A stretch of DNA of 63,717 nucleotides, filler included, from Octopus bimaculoides (lineage: Eukaryota), in assembly GCF_001194135.2 (NCBI RefSeq). It is 5 parts of 5 records of this genome, joined end to end, with 100 filler letters (N's around TTAATTAATTAA, not from the genome) between each part and the next. Parts side by side here need not be neighbours in the genome. Positions count along the whole stretch, not along the records: positions 45,899 to 54,618 come from NC_069009.1; positions 54,719 to 62,056 come from NC_068985.1; positions 62,157 to 63,717 come from NC_069000.1; 2 more parts are not named here. One strand, given 5' to 3'. The translations under genes and the position numbers were made by a program. Below the pieces are notes generated by a model. The model had not been told where the DNA came from, did not search any database, and saw only the letters and a list, made by a program, of their open reading frames with translations. Every line of letters starts with the position of its first letter. The stretch's first letter is position 1. Of the stretch, positions 54,462-63,717 are shown in pieces.

Positions 54462-54493
<32 letters not shown>

Positions 54494-54618
54494 TAGTTCA
54501 TAGGATTACCCAGAATTTTGCATTTATAAACTGCTTAGCTTTACCCATCTCATGAGAGCCTCGTGGCTAGCTATTAGGATCTGATGAGATGTGTGTCAAA
54601 CCCTGGGTGACCCTATGA
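54440..54618. mobile_element. TIR-bounded ~130-bp element in (TA)n plus adjacent TIR; 76-bp perfect palindrome; HHR-like motif
   Basis: TTCTGGGTAATCCTATGAACTAG-(TA)n-CTAGTTCATAGGATTACCCAGAA (54440-54515); second end CTGGGTGACCCTATGA at 54603-54618; CTGATGA at 54581. Confidence 0.75.
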
Positions 54619-54722
54619 NNNNNNNNNNNNNNNNNNNNNNNNNNNNNNNNNNNNNNNNNNNNTTAATTAATTAANNNNNNNNNNNNNNNNNNNNNNNNNN
54701 NNNNNNNNNNNNNNNNNNTATA

Positions 54723-54758
<36 letters not shown>

Positions 54759-55142
54759 TACTTGTGGTATGTTGTTTAGGGGTCTACGTATGCATAGCCG
54801 TATGCTCATTACATTTATGTGTATAAGTATATTTATATATTGTTTCTTGCTAGGCAATCCGTATTTATGTAAGAGCTTCATAGGGATTCCTGTATTAGTG
54901 AATTTGCTCAAAATATCAGTAAAGTCAAGCGATACACAATATATTTGTCAGTACCAGGCTCAGTTAGATTACCAGAGATAATCGCACTGGATTTTTTAAA
55001 AGAATATGTTAAAAGTGTTATGAAATGTGAATGATAAATGAAAAGTTCATCTGATATTATCTTTTGCTTTATTGTACTAAATGAATCCATGTATATTTAC
55101 TCTTAGAAGGATAAGGAGCCCTTTCATAGGATTGCATCTATA

Positions 55143-55425
55143 AAGTTACCCTCCAAGGCACAAATCCAAGTAAGGTTGTTTATGGAAGACCAGCAGTCGT
55201 CCATGCATACCGACCTCCCCTCTCCACGCCACCGATGTTATCCAAGGAGAAGACAAAAGCTGATAAAACTTGGCACCAGTGACGTCGCAACTCATTTCTA
55301 CAGCTGAATGAATGGGAGCAACATGAAATAAAGTGTCTTGATCAAGAACACCACGCGTTCCGCGAATCGAACTCACTACAGCATGATTGTGAGCGCGATG
55401 CTCTAACCTCTGGACCATGCACCCT
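55143..55425 (-). mobile_element. tRNA-derived SINE family D
   Basis: Minus strand head GCATGGTCCAGAGGTTAGAGC..GAGTTCGATTC (A/B boxes), then CTTGATCAAGACACTTTATTTC core-like segment. Confidence 0.75.
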
Positions 55426-55639
55426 GAATTACTGTTATATGACAATTTTTTATTCCTATTCAAAACTAGTAACCCTTTACAACATTTTTATGTTGGTATT
55501 CTTTACAATTCCGCATCAGATAACATTGATATTTATGTCTATTTATAAGGTAAAAAAAAAAGCATGTAATTCAAAGGAGACAACATTCTGTGTTACGCTG
55601 GATTTTCTTGCGATCTACATTAAGGATAAGCGGCTCTGT

Positions 55640-55735
55640 CGAGTGTTCAGCCATTTGCTTGTTAATTTCGTGAGTAAGTTGTTCCATTCATCGGATCAAC
55701 TGGAACACTCGCCGTCGTAAGCGGTAGTGTGCCAT
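55640..55735 (+). mobile_element. SINE family C 3' fragment
   Basis: CAGCCATTTGC..TTAATTTCGTGAG..GGATCAACTGGAAC..CGTCGTAAGCG matches the tail of 60455-60843. Confidence 0.75.
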
Positions 55736-56195
55736 TTCTTTCTAATAAAAAATAAAAGAGAAATTAAAAATTTTTCTTCTTGAACACCCACTTCCATCGA
55801 AAACGAATGGTGCATTCATGGACATAAATTTTTTTACAGCTAATTGAAACGTAGGGGAAATAACTCAGATCTGCTGAGTTTGAGTTATTTCCCGTTTGAT
55901 GTAAGTGGCAATATGTTTTTTAATGAATGTTATGAAAATATTTTTCTCTTATTATCACAGTACCGGATAAATTCTAAGGGAAGCTTGAAACCAAGGGTTT
56001 CTGGAGACAGTCTGAGTAAATACTGAAAATATACAATAAACAATGGAACGTAAAGAGCTAAATTGTTTTTAACAGATTCAAATCAATACACTGCAAAAAT
56101 AGGGTCTGTTTGATATTTATGAATCCGCTAAAAATTCGTCGTGCATGCGGTATAGCGTTTATAAGATGAAAATTGAATGAAAAATTCCAGAACAT

Positions 56196-56368
56196 AGGCA
56201 CAGTTGTGTAGTAATAAGATTGCTTACTAGACAGATGATTTCTGGTTCAGTCCCACTGCGTGGCAACTTCGGCAGCAAGTGTTTTCTGCTATAGCCTCCG
56301 GCCGATCAAAGATTTGTGAGTGGATTTGGTAGACGGAAATGCAAGAAGCCTGTCGCGCTCGTGCGTGC

Positions 56369-56403
<35 letters not shown>

Positions 56404-56460
56404 TCTCCCACCACCGCTTGACATTGGGTGTTAGTATGTTTACGTCCCCATAACTTAGCT
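56196..56460 (+). mobile_element. SINE family B, 3'-truncated
   Basis: GGTTCAGTCCCACTGCGTGGCA..GTGAGTGGATTTGGTAGACGGAAA, internal (GT)n. Confidence 0.88.
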
Positions 56461-56828
56461 AAATACTAAAAGGGTTGAATTTGTGTACAGAACTGAAATA
56501 TCTTATTTGATACTCACCAACCATAAGCCGGAACCATAGAGATTATCCAGCCTTGCCTGGTGTATATCTCTTCAAGTACCTGATTCTATTTGAATCCTTA
56601 TATAACTATATGATACACAATCAAGGTGCAGAAATGGCGTATTCCGAATGAACAAGGTAATGTAATCCGATAGTAGAAAGAATTCCGCAAATTAGGTACT
56701 CCAAAGTCAGTCAGAAAACCGGGGTCCGTGTGACCGTGCGGTATATAGTAAATCCTTTCAAAATGTAACCACATGTGAATCGTTGGCGATCCCCGCCCCC
56801 CGTCTTCCTTTCTATTGGACTTTCCTCT

Positions 56829-56864
56829 GTTTCTGAAGAAGAGCGTTTGCTCGAAACGTTAAAC
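56829..56864 (+). ncRNA. Minimal type I hammerhead ribozyme, core intact
   Basis: GTTT-CTGAAGA-A-GAGC-GTTT-GCTC-GAAAC-GTT-AAAC: stem I GTTT/AAAC, stem II GAGC/GCTC, palindromic stem III ACGT, cleavage triplet GUU. Folded by eye only. Confidence 0.65.
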
Positions 56865-57286
56865 CATCTTTCTTTCCTTCCCTGAGCGTCTGCTAATACT
56901 TTACGTGTACCACGTCCGCGTGTTGTTTTCTTTTTGTGCTTGTTCTTCTTTTGGGATTTACTATATATATNNNNNNNNNNNNNNNNNNNNNNNNNNNNNN
57001 NNNNNNNNNNNNNNNNNNNNNNNNNNNNNNNNNNNNNNNNNNNNNNNNNNNNNNNNNNNNNNNNNNNNNNNNNNNNNNNNNNNNNNNNNNNNNNNNNNNN
57101 NNNNNNNNNNNNNNNNNNNNNNNNNNNNNNNNNNNNNNNNNNNNNNNNNNNNNNNNNNNNNNNNNNNNNNNNNNNNNNNNNNNNNNNNNNNNNNNNNNNN
57201 NNNNNNNNNNNNNNNNNNNNNNNNNNNNNNNNNNNNNNNNNNNNNNNNNNNNGTTTGTGTGTGTGTGTGTGTGTGCGTGCGTATGT

Positions 57287-57329
<43 letters not shown>

Positions 57330-57559
57330 CGTATGTGTGTGTATGTGTGTGTGTGATTGTTCTTAGTCACACTATGACGCACTCCACACCACGACAAGGT
57401 AGTGCGCAGTACCACTTGTGCATTACTAATTAGATGACAAGGTGCCTGAAGAGAGGGAGCGATGTGAAATCACGTGCTGTTGAAACAGAACTGAGCCTCC
57501 TTCCAAGACTGACATTTGACAATGGTTACTTGTTTCTGCCCCACTAGATCGGAAAGAGG

Positions 57560-58925
57560 TAGACCCCTATTATAAATTCTATGTCCAGGAAGAGCCCCTA
57601 GAGAAAAAAGGAACAGGTGGACCAGAGCTATACGAACCCCCGAAAACGATGATCAGGTTAAAAAGATGGTTGCATATACGGTGGGTGCGAATACCAAGAT
57701 CACTCTCAAGGGCCGCATATTTAAGATTAATAACAAGATATACGCTCAAGTGGCAGGTGTAGCCATCGGTGTCAGTATCACTGGATATGTGGTTAACCTA
57801 TTTATAGTATGGTGAGATAGGAGAATCAAAGAATAATTAGCAGAGAACTCCATAACCATAACCTAGTACTCCCATTATGTGGATGATATCAACATAGTAG
57901 CTAAAGCACCCCTGAAAGAAAATGTTGATGATCTAAAAACTAACACTATGGAGAGCATCCAGCAAATATCTAACTCCATCCGCCAGAGTAACTAGGTAAC
58001 GGCAGACTACCCTAACAAGCACCCCAAATATAGGCTACCAGGTTTAAACACGGATCTCTGGTAAGAAACCAAGAACAATAAGGTCAAGCCCATGACCTTT
58101 AAATATCTTGTCCACAAAAACAGAGCTATGGCGGACGACAGGAAGTTCAATATTCTTATAGCTGCCATTGTGATTGATGAAGAATGTGTCACGCATATGC
58201 GACCCTATGGAATTGGAAAGACACATACAACACTTCACCCACCGCGTGCAATTCTCTGACTACAAGGGAAAAGGATTAGAGTGTACAAAGGACCCAGGGC
58301 TAAGTACAAAACCATCATAAAGCATGATGCAATGGATATTTATCGGTTATACAGGCGTAAACCCTGGAACAGCACAGACAGGACCAGAAATATGATAGAT
58401 AAGTCCAACTCATGGTATGATAACAAAAAAATACAAAAGTGTCATGTTCGTTGATGCTAACCCTGGCGGCGAACTAGCATACCTTTTCAGAAGAGCATTA
58501 AATAAGGCCAATCTACGGATTAAAATAGTAGAAATATCTGGTGCCCCTATAAAATCCCTGATCTGTAGAACATGCGCGAACAATTGTAATGTATGTAGGA
58601 TGAATCTACAGGTTAACTGTAATGTTAAGAGTATAGTGTATAACTTACGATGTACTGGGGGACGGTGCAGAAGAATGACTACTTACATTGGAGAGACAGC
58701 ACGCAGCATAGGAGAGCATATAGGTGGATACTGGCGAGAGCTGAAAGAAGAGAAAGGCTCGTCAGTGCTCTACCAACATTCTGAAGCAGAACATAGAGGC
58801 TCAGTCAATAGCATAGAAGTGAAAGTATTATCAACGCATAGAACTAACACGACACTTAGGCAGATCACAGAGGCTACACGTATAGCAATAGAGAAACTGA
58901 GCCTCGATAGAAAACAGGAATAGAA
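57560..58925 (+). mobile_element. Penelope-like element: degraded RT plus GIY-YIG ORF
   Basis: KIYAQVAGVAIG..YSHYVDDINIV (57735-57900) and ORF 58417..58923 with CNVC..SIVYNLRC..YIGETARS..H..EH..RQITEA. Confidence 0.9.
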
Positions 58926-59056
58926 CAATAAAACCCACCACCACACCACACCACACATCATGACGACTGAAGACTGAAGGGAGAAAAAGGGGGAAACGAG
59001 AAAAAGGGAAAAAAACAGATACAAACTGCATAATACGCATACAATAAACATATATA

Positions 59057-59673
59057 CTCTTTACTCTTTTACTCTTTTTCCTGCGGCCATGCTAGAGCAC
59101 CGCCCTTAGTCGAGCAAATCGACCCCAGGACTTATTCTTTGTAAGCCTAGTACTTATTCTATCGGTCTCTTTTTGCCGAACCGCTAAGCCACGGGGACGC
59201 AAACATACCAGCATCGGTTGTCAAGCGATGGTGGGGGCACAAACACAGACACACAANNNNNNNNNNNNNNNNNNNNNNNNNNNNNNNNNNNNNNNNNNNN
59301 NNNNNNNNNNNNNNNNNNNNNNNNNNNNNNNNNNNNNNNNNNNNNNNNNNNNNNNNNNNNNNNNNNNNNNNNNNNNNNNNNNNNNNNNNNNNNNNNNNNN
59401 NNNNNNNNNNNNNNNNNNNNNNNNNNNNNNNNNNNNNNNNNNNNNNNNNNNNNNNNNNNNNNNNNNNNNNNNNNNNNNNNNNNNNTATACATATATATAT
59501 ATATACATATATACGACGGGCTTCTTTCAGTTTCCGTCTACCAAATCCACTCACAAGGCTTTGGTCGGCCCGAGGCTATAGTAGAAGATACTTGCCCAAG
59601 GTGTCACGCAGTGGGACTGAACCCGAAACCATGTGGTTGGTAAGAAAGCTACTTACCACACAGCCACTCCTGC
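59057..59673 (-). mobile_element. SINE family B, full length, gap in internal microsatellite
   Basis: Minus strand head AGGAGTGGCTGTGTGGTAAG..GGGTTCAGTCCC; tail ..GACTAAGGGCGGTGCTCTAGCATGGCCGCAG. Confidence 0.92.
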
Positions 59674-60454
59674 ACATATCTATGATAAATATTAAAAGAA
59701 ATTAGAGATATTAAAAAAAGCTGCATTAAGGGCACGGATACACACAATACAGGAAGCGAATCCATATACATATACAAACACATATACGGTAACTTCACAA
59801 ACAGCCGTAACAATTATAACAACACCAACAGTAACAACAACTACCAGGATGACAGCAGCGTGGGTGAACACGCAAACATAGTGAGTTACAAGAAGGGTAC
59901 ATAAAGTGTTTAAGGACAGCAGCAGCGGCAACGGGGTAGGGGACGGTGATGAGTGGAGGGTCATAGGGCTACTAAGAACTATGGCACACACACACACACA
60001 CATGTACACACACCCATACACAGACGCATGCGCATATAAGGATATACATCATAGAAGAACAAAATTGAATAAACGGAGCAAGAGCACACACGAAGACAGA
60101 AACTGTCGCCGAGGAGGTCACAAATGTGTGACGAAGGATTTCCGAACAGTGGACATGAGATAGAATAAGAACAATAGTAAACGAGTGAAGAACGAATATA
60201 TAGTGCGCGTGTTACTTTGGCAAATACAACAATATCTGTTTCAACACACGACTTCACATCAGGAATCCTGCAATACAAAATCATAGACACACACACACAC
60301 GCACACACACACGCACACACACACCCACACACACACACACACATATGTATGTATAATTTAGGACAATCAGTAAGTCGTCATTATGGTACTCGATGATTCG
60401 GATGTCGGAGCGAAGAGCTACAATCCATTCTCGTCGGCTATTAATGGCAATTTT

Positions 60455-60843
60455 CTTGTTGTTGGCACTCCGTCGCTTACGACGTCGAGGGTTCCAGTTG
60501 ATCCAATCAACGGAACAGCCTGCTCGTGAAATTAACGTGCAAGTGGCTGAGCACTCCACAGACACGTGTACCCATAACGTAGTTCTCGGGGATATTCAGC
60601 GTGACACAGTCTGACAAGGCTGACTCTTTGAATTACAGGCACAACAGAAACAGGAAGTAAGAGTGAGAGAAATTTGTGGTGAAAGAGCACAGCAGGGTTC
60701 ACCACAACCCCCTGCCGGAGCCTCGTGAAGCTTATAGGTATTTTCGCTCAATAAACACTCACAACGCCCGGTCTGGGAATCGAAACCGCGATCCTATGAC
60801 CGCGAGTCCGCTGCCCTAACCACTGGGCCATTGCGCCTCCACT
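60455..60843 (-). mobile_element. tRNA-derived SINE family C, full length
   Basis: Minus strand A-box TGGCCCAGTGG, B-box GGTTTCGATTCCC, tail ..CGACGGAGTGCCAACAACAA. Confidence 0.88.
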
Positions 60844-61948
60844 AATGGCAATAGACGCTATGAAAAACCGTTGAATAAAAGGGAAGTTACTCTGATAGGT
60901 AGAAAAGAAAAGAGAAAAAAGATAAAAATACAATATTCTCACAATACATAGACATAAAATCTCCTGCATTCACACTCACCCATTTATGAGAAAGACAATG
61001 AGCTACATAACATTTACTTCCCATTGCGACTAGTGGGCTTAAAGGGGGGAAATCCCCCCTCTGTGAAATTTCAAATACTTCCGATTTCAATGAAAATAAC
61101 ATCATAACTACTAGGTACTAAATAAAGACGATTTCCAAAATTTCACCTTCTTACAATATTATTTATCCCACTAATGGAGATTTATAACACGGGACAGAGC
61201 CCTTTTGAAAGTGCAAATACATCCACTTTACATGGAATCTTCTAATATATAAAACAGAGATGTCTGTGTATTCGCTTTTCACGTGAAATCGACTTCACCA
61301 AATGCTTCCATACTTGTGATGCATGAATAATTTGACCTCGGATAAATGTTAGGCACTTCATTTGATTTTTTTATTAAAAATAAATAATATTGCTTTATAT
61401 TTAAGATTCACTTCTTTAAAAAGGTTCCTCAATGTCAACTTCCGGTATTGACGTAGCAACGGAAAAAAAGCTTCACTCTCTATTTTGATGTTTTAATTTC
61501 AAGCTTTAATTCACTATTTGCAAACAACTACGATAAATTACTAAAAGAAATATTTACTAAGTCCACAAATTTAAACATTCCGCACAAGAGCTTTTATTTA
61601 TACGACTTTTTCATTTCACCCTCTCTCTCTCTCACACAACACACGCGCGCGCACACACGCATGCACACGTGTATCTTTGTAAATATGTTTGTATACATTT
61701 ATGTATGTGTGTGTTTGTAAGAGACAAAGTGAGTGAGTCAAGGGGTGTGTTGTCATATGCATCCATGATTTGTGGATGTATGTGTGCGTGTGTGTGTGTG
61801 TGTGAGACAGAGTGAGAGAGCGATGTGTAAGTAGTATTTACTCTCTCTCTCTCTCTCTCTCATACACACGCACACACACACACTCACACACAAAGATGTA
61901 TGCATATTTATGCATGTACGTATACATGACAACAAACCTCTCTCTCAC

Positions 61949-61985
<37 letters not shown>

Positions 61986-62023
61986 GTCACACATACACAC
62001 ACGTCCATTTCATCTGATGTGTG

Positions 62024-62056
<33 letters not shown>

Positions 62057-62156
62057 NNNNNNNNNNNNNNNNNNNNNNNNNNNNNNNNNNNNNNNNNNNN
62101 TTAATTAATTAANNNNNNNNNNNNNNNNNNNNNNNNNNNNNNNNNNNNNNNNNNNN

Positions 62157-62193
<37 letters not shown>

Positions 62194-62209
62194 GTATATG
62201 TATGTATAT

Positions 62210-62375
62210 GTTTGTGTGTCTGTGTTTGTCCCTCCAATATTGCTTGACAACCGATGCCGATGTGTGTACGTCCTCGTAACTTAGCGGTTCTGCAAGAGAC
62301 ACCGATAGAATAGATACCAGGCTTACAAAGAATAAGTCCTGGGGTCGATTTGCTTGACTAAAGGCGGTGCTCCAG
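62210..62375 (+). mobile_element. SINE family B 3' half
   Basis: CTTGACAACCGATG..CTTACAAAGAATAAGTCCTGGGGTCGATTTGCTTGACTAAAGGCGGTGCTCCAG. Confidence 0.88.
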
Positions 62376-62789
62376 AATAAAAGAATAATGTTGAAGGAAT
62401 AGATTATGTGGTTATTTAGTATGAAAATGGTCCACGTGTGTATATAGGATGAGACAGACAGACAGACAGACATGATAGACAGATATGGGCTGTGGCCGAA
62501 GGAAGAGAAAAGAGAAGAAAGAGAGGAAAGAAAGGAATGGGATAGGTGCGGGAAAGAATGAATGAAAGCGAAAGTAATGAAAATCAAAATCAAATATAAA
62601 GATAAAGATGAGATGCCACTATCATTCATTAGGGTCGGTTCGGATTGAGGGGTCAGGCGTCAAGGTTTTGGTAAAGTGAAAGAGGAAGGCATTTATGGCT
62701 ATTAAATTAATAGATGAATTCTAGGTTCGGTGTGATCAGAAAGAATATTTAATTCAGTGGTCAGTAATATTTAGTCAAATTACATATTC

Positions 62790-63195
62790 TTTTCTACTCT
62801 AGGCATAAGGCCCGAAATTATGGGGAGCGAGCCAGTCGATTACTTAATTTACTGACACTGAAAGGATAAAAGGCAAAGTCGACCTCGGCGTAATTTGAAC
62901 TCAGAACCTAACAGCAGATGAAATACCGCCAAGTATTTCGTCCAGCGTGCTAACGTTTCTTGTTTGTTTATTGCCCACAAGTGGCTAAACATAGAGGGGA
63001 CAAACAAGGACAGACAAATGGATTGAGTCGATTACATCGACCCCAGTGCGTAACTGGTACTTAATTTATCGACCCCGAAAGGATGAAAGGCAAAGTCGAC
63101 CTCGGCGGAATTTGAACTCAGAACGTAACAGCAAACGAAATGCCGCTAAGCATTTCGCCCGGCGTGTTAATGTTTTTGCCAGCTCGCCGCCTTAC
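62790..63195 (-). mobile_element. SINE A1 (63195-62960) followed by 5'-clipped A2 (62960-62790)
   Basis: Two consecutive minus-strand copies of the A head/core with different tails. Confidence 0.9.
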
Positions 63196-63454
63196 TCAAA
63201 TCAAATATTATAAATGAGTTCAGATACTTGTCCAGCCTTAGTTTTTGTTGCCCTTTTCTTCCCTCTAATATACATACATACATACATACAAACATGCGGT
63301 TTTAAGTTTCATAGATCTCTAACACGGAAGCCCATCTTTTCCAGGCTTTAGATTATCGAATGGAAAGATGCGGGAAGTACAAGATGGCTACCAGAAGACA
63401 GGTTGCTTTTGGTCAACGCAGATTATATGGTGTTGCCATGTATATATATATATA

Positions 63455-63652
63455 CTGTTGTGTCTGGGGAGAGTCATTTTCTTTTTGCGCCTTATAATTT
63501 AACACACTCAGCGATAAAATTTCTACTTATTTCTTTTTATTTCTTTATTTTTATAAAAACATAAATATAAAAATAAGAAATAAGTGGAAATTTTACCGCT
63601 GAGTATATTAAATTATAAGGCACAAAAGAAAATGACTCTCCAGACACAACAG
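63455..63652. mobile_element. Fold-back MITE-like element, ~80-bp inverted arms
   Basis: CTGTTGTGTCTGG(G)GAGAGTCATTTTC..ACTTATTTCTT and its near-perfect reverse complement ending CCAGACACAACAG; TA on the left flank only. Confidence 0.88.
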
Positions 63653-63717
63653 AATATGCTTCAACACACGAACTCACATAAAGAATCTTGCAAACCAAAT
63701 CCAAAAACGAAGTATAT

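Noticed and set aside
56517-56555. Minus-strand exon ARLDNLYGSGLWL resembling a discoidin/FA58C motif
   Set aside because: Good GTGAGT donor but poor acceptor, an upstream in-frame stop, and too short to support homology.
58965-59000. HHR at the 3' end of the plus-strand PLE (CTGAAGA...GAAACG)
   Set aside because: The intervening purine run cannot form stem II and there is no NUH triplet.
60770-60843. tRNA gene
   Set aside because: A/B boxes are present but continue into a SINE body and tail with another copy at 55640, so this is a SINE head. The same applies to the other SINE heads.

Overview
Eukaryotic, AT-rich, gap-rich genomic DNA with many microsatellites. The SINE and LINE families look like those of a coleoid cephalopod, probably Octopus (inference from recalled repeat sequences, not from a search). 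There is no long intact host gene, and most ORF-track entries are microsatellite or N-gap artefacts. Recognisable content is a set of degraded mobile elements: three Penelope-like element (PLE) fragments (RT and/or GIY-YIG), two RTE LINE pieces, two Tx1/L1-like LINE pieces, four R4/Dong-like fragments all bordered by (TAA)n, a CR1-like endonuclease relic, mariner/pogo relics and MITEs, and about 20 copies of at least four tRNA-derived SINE families. The most interesting signal is a set of about 8 hammerhead-ribozyme (HHR)-like motifs in short non-coding elements next to microsatellites. One has an intact catalytic core (56829-56864), two form a tandem pair (50.0-51.1 kb), and one overlaps a terminal inverted repeat (54.4-54.6 kb). 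They co-occur with the PLE relics, which suggests a PLE-mobilised, retrozyme-like family. Other signals: a candidate 65-aa four-exon gene (1137-3222), a strict 20-bp-period diverged minisatellite, SINE dimers (one bounded by a 16-bp TSD) and several fold-back structures. Four TTAATTAATTAA linkers inside N runs look like artificial contig joins, so adjacency across them is not evidence.
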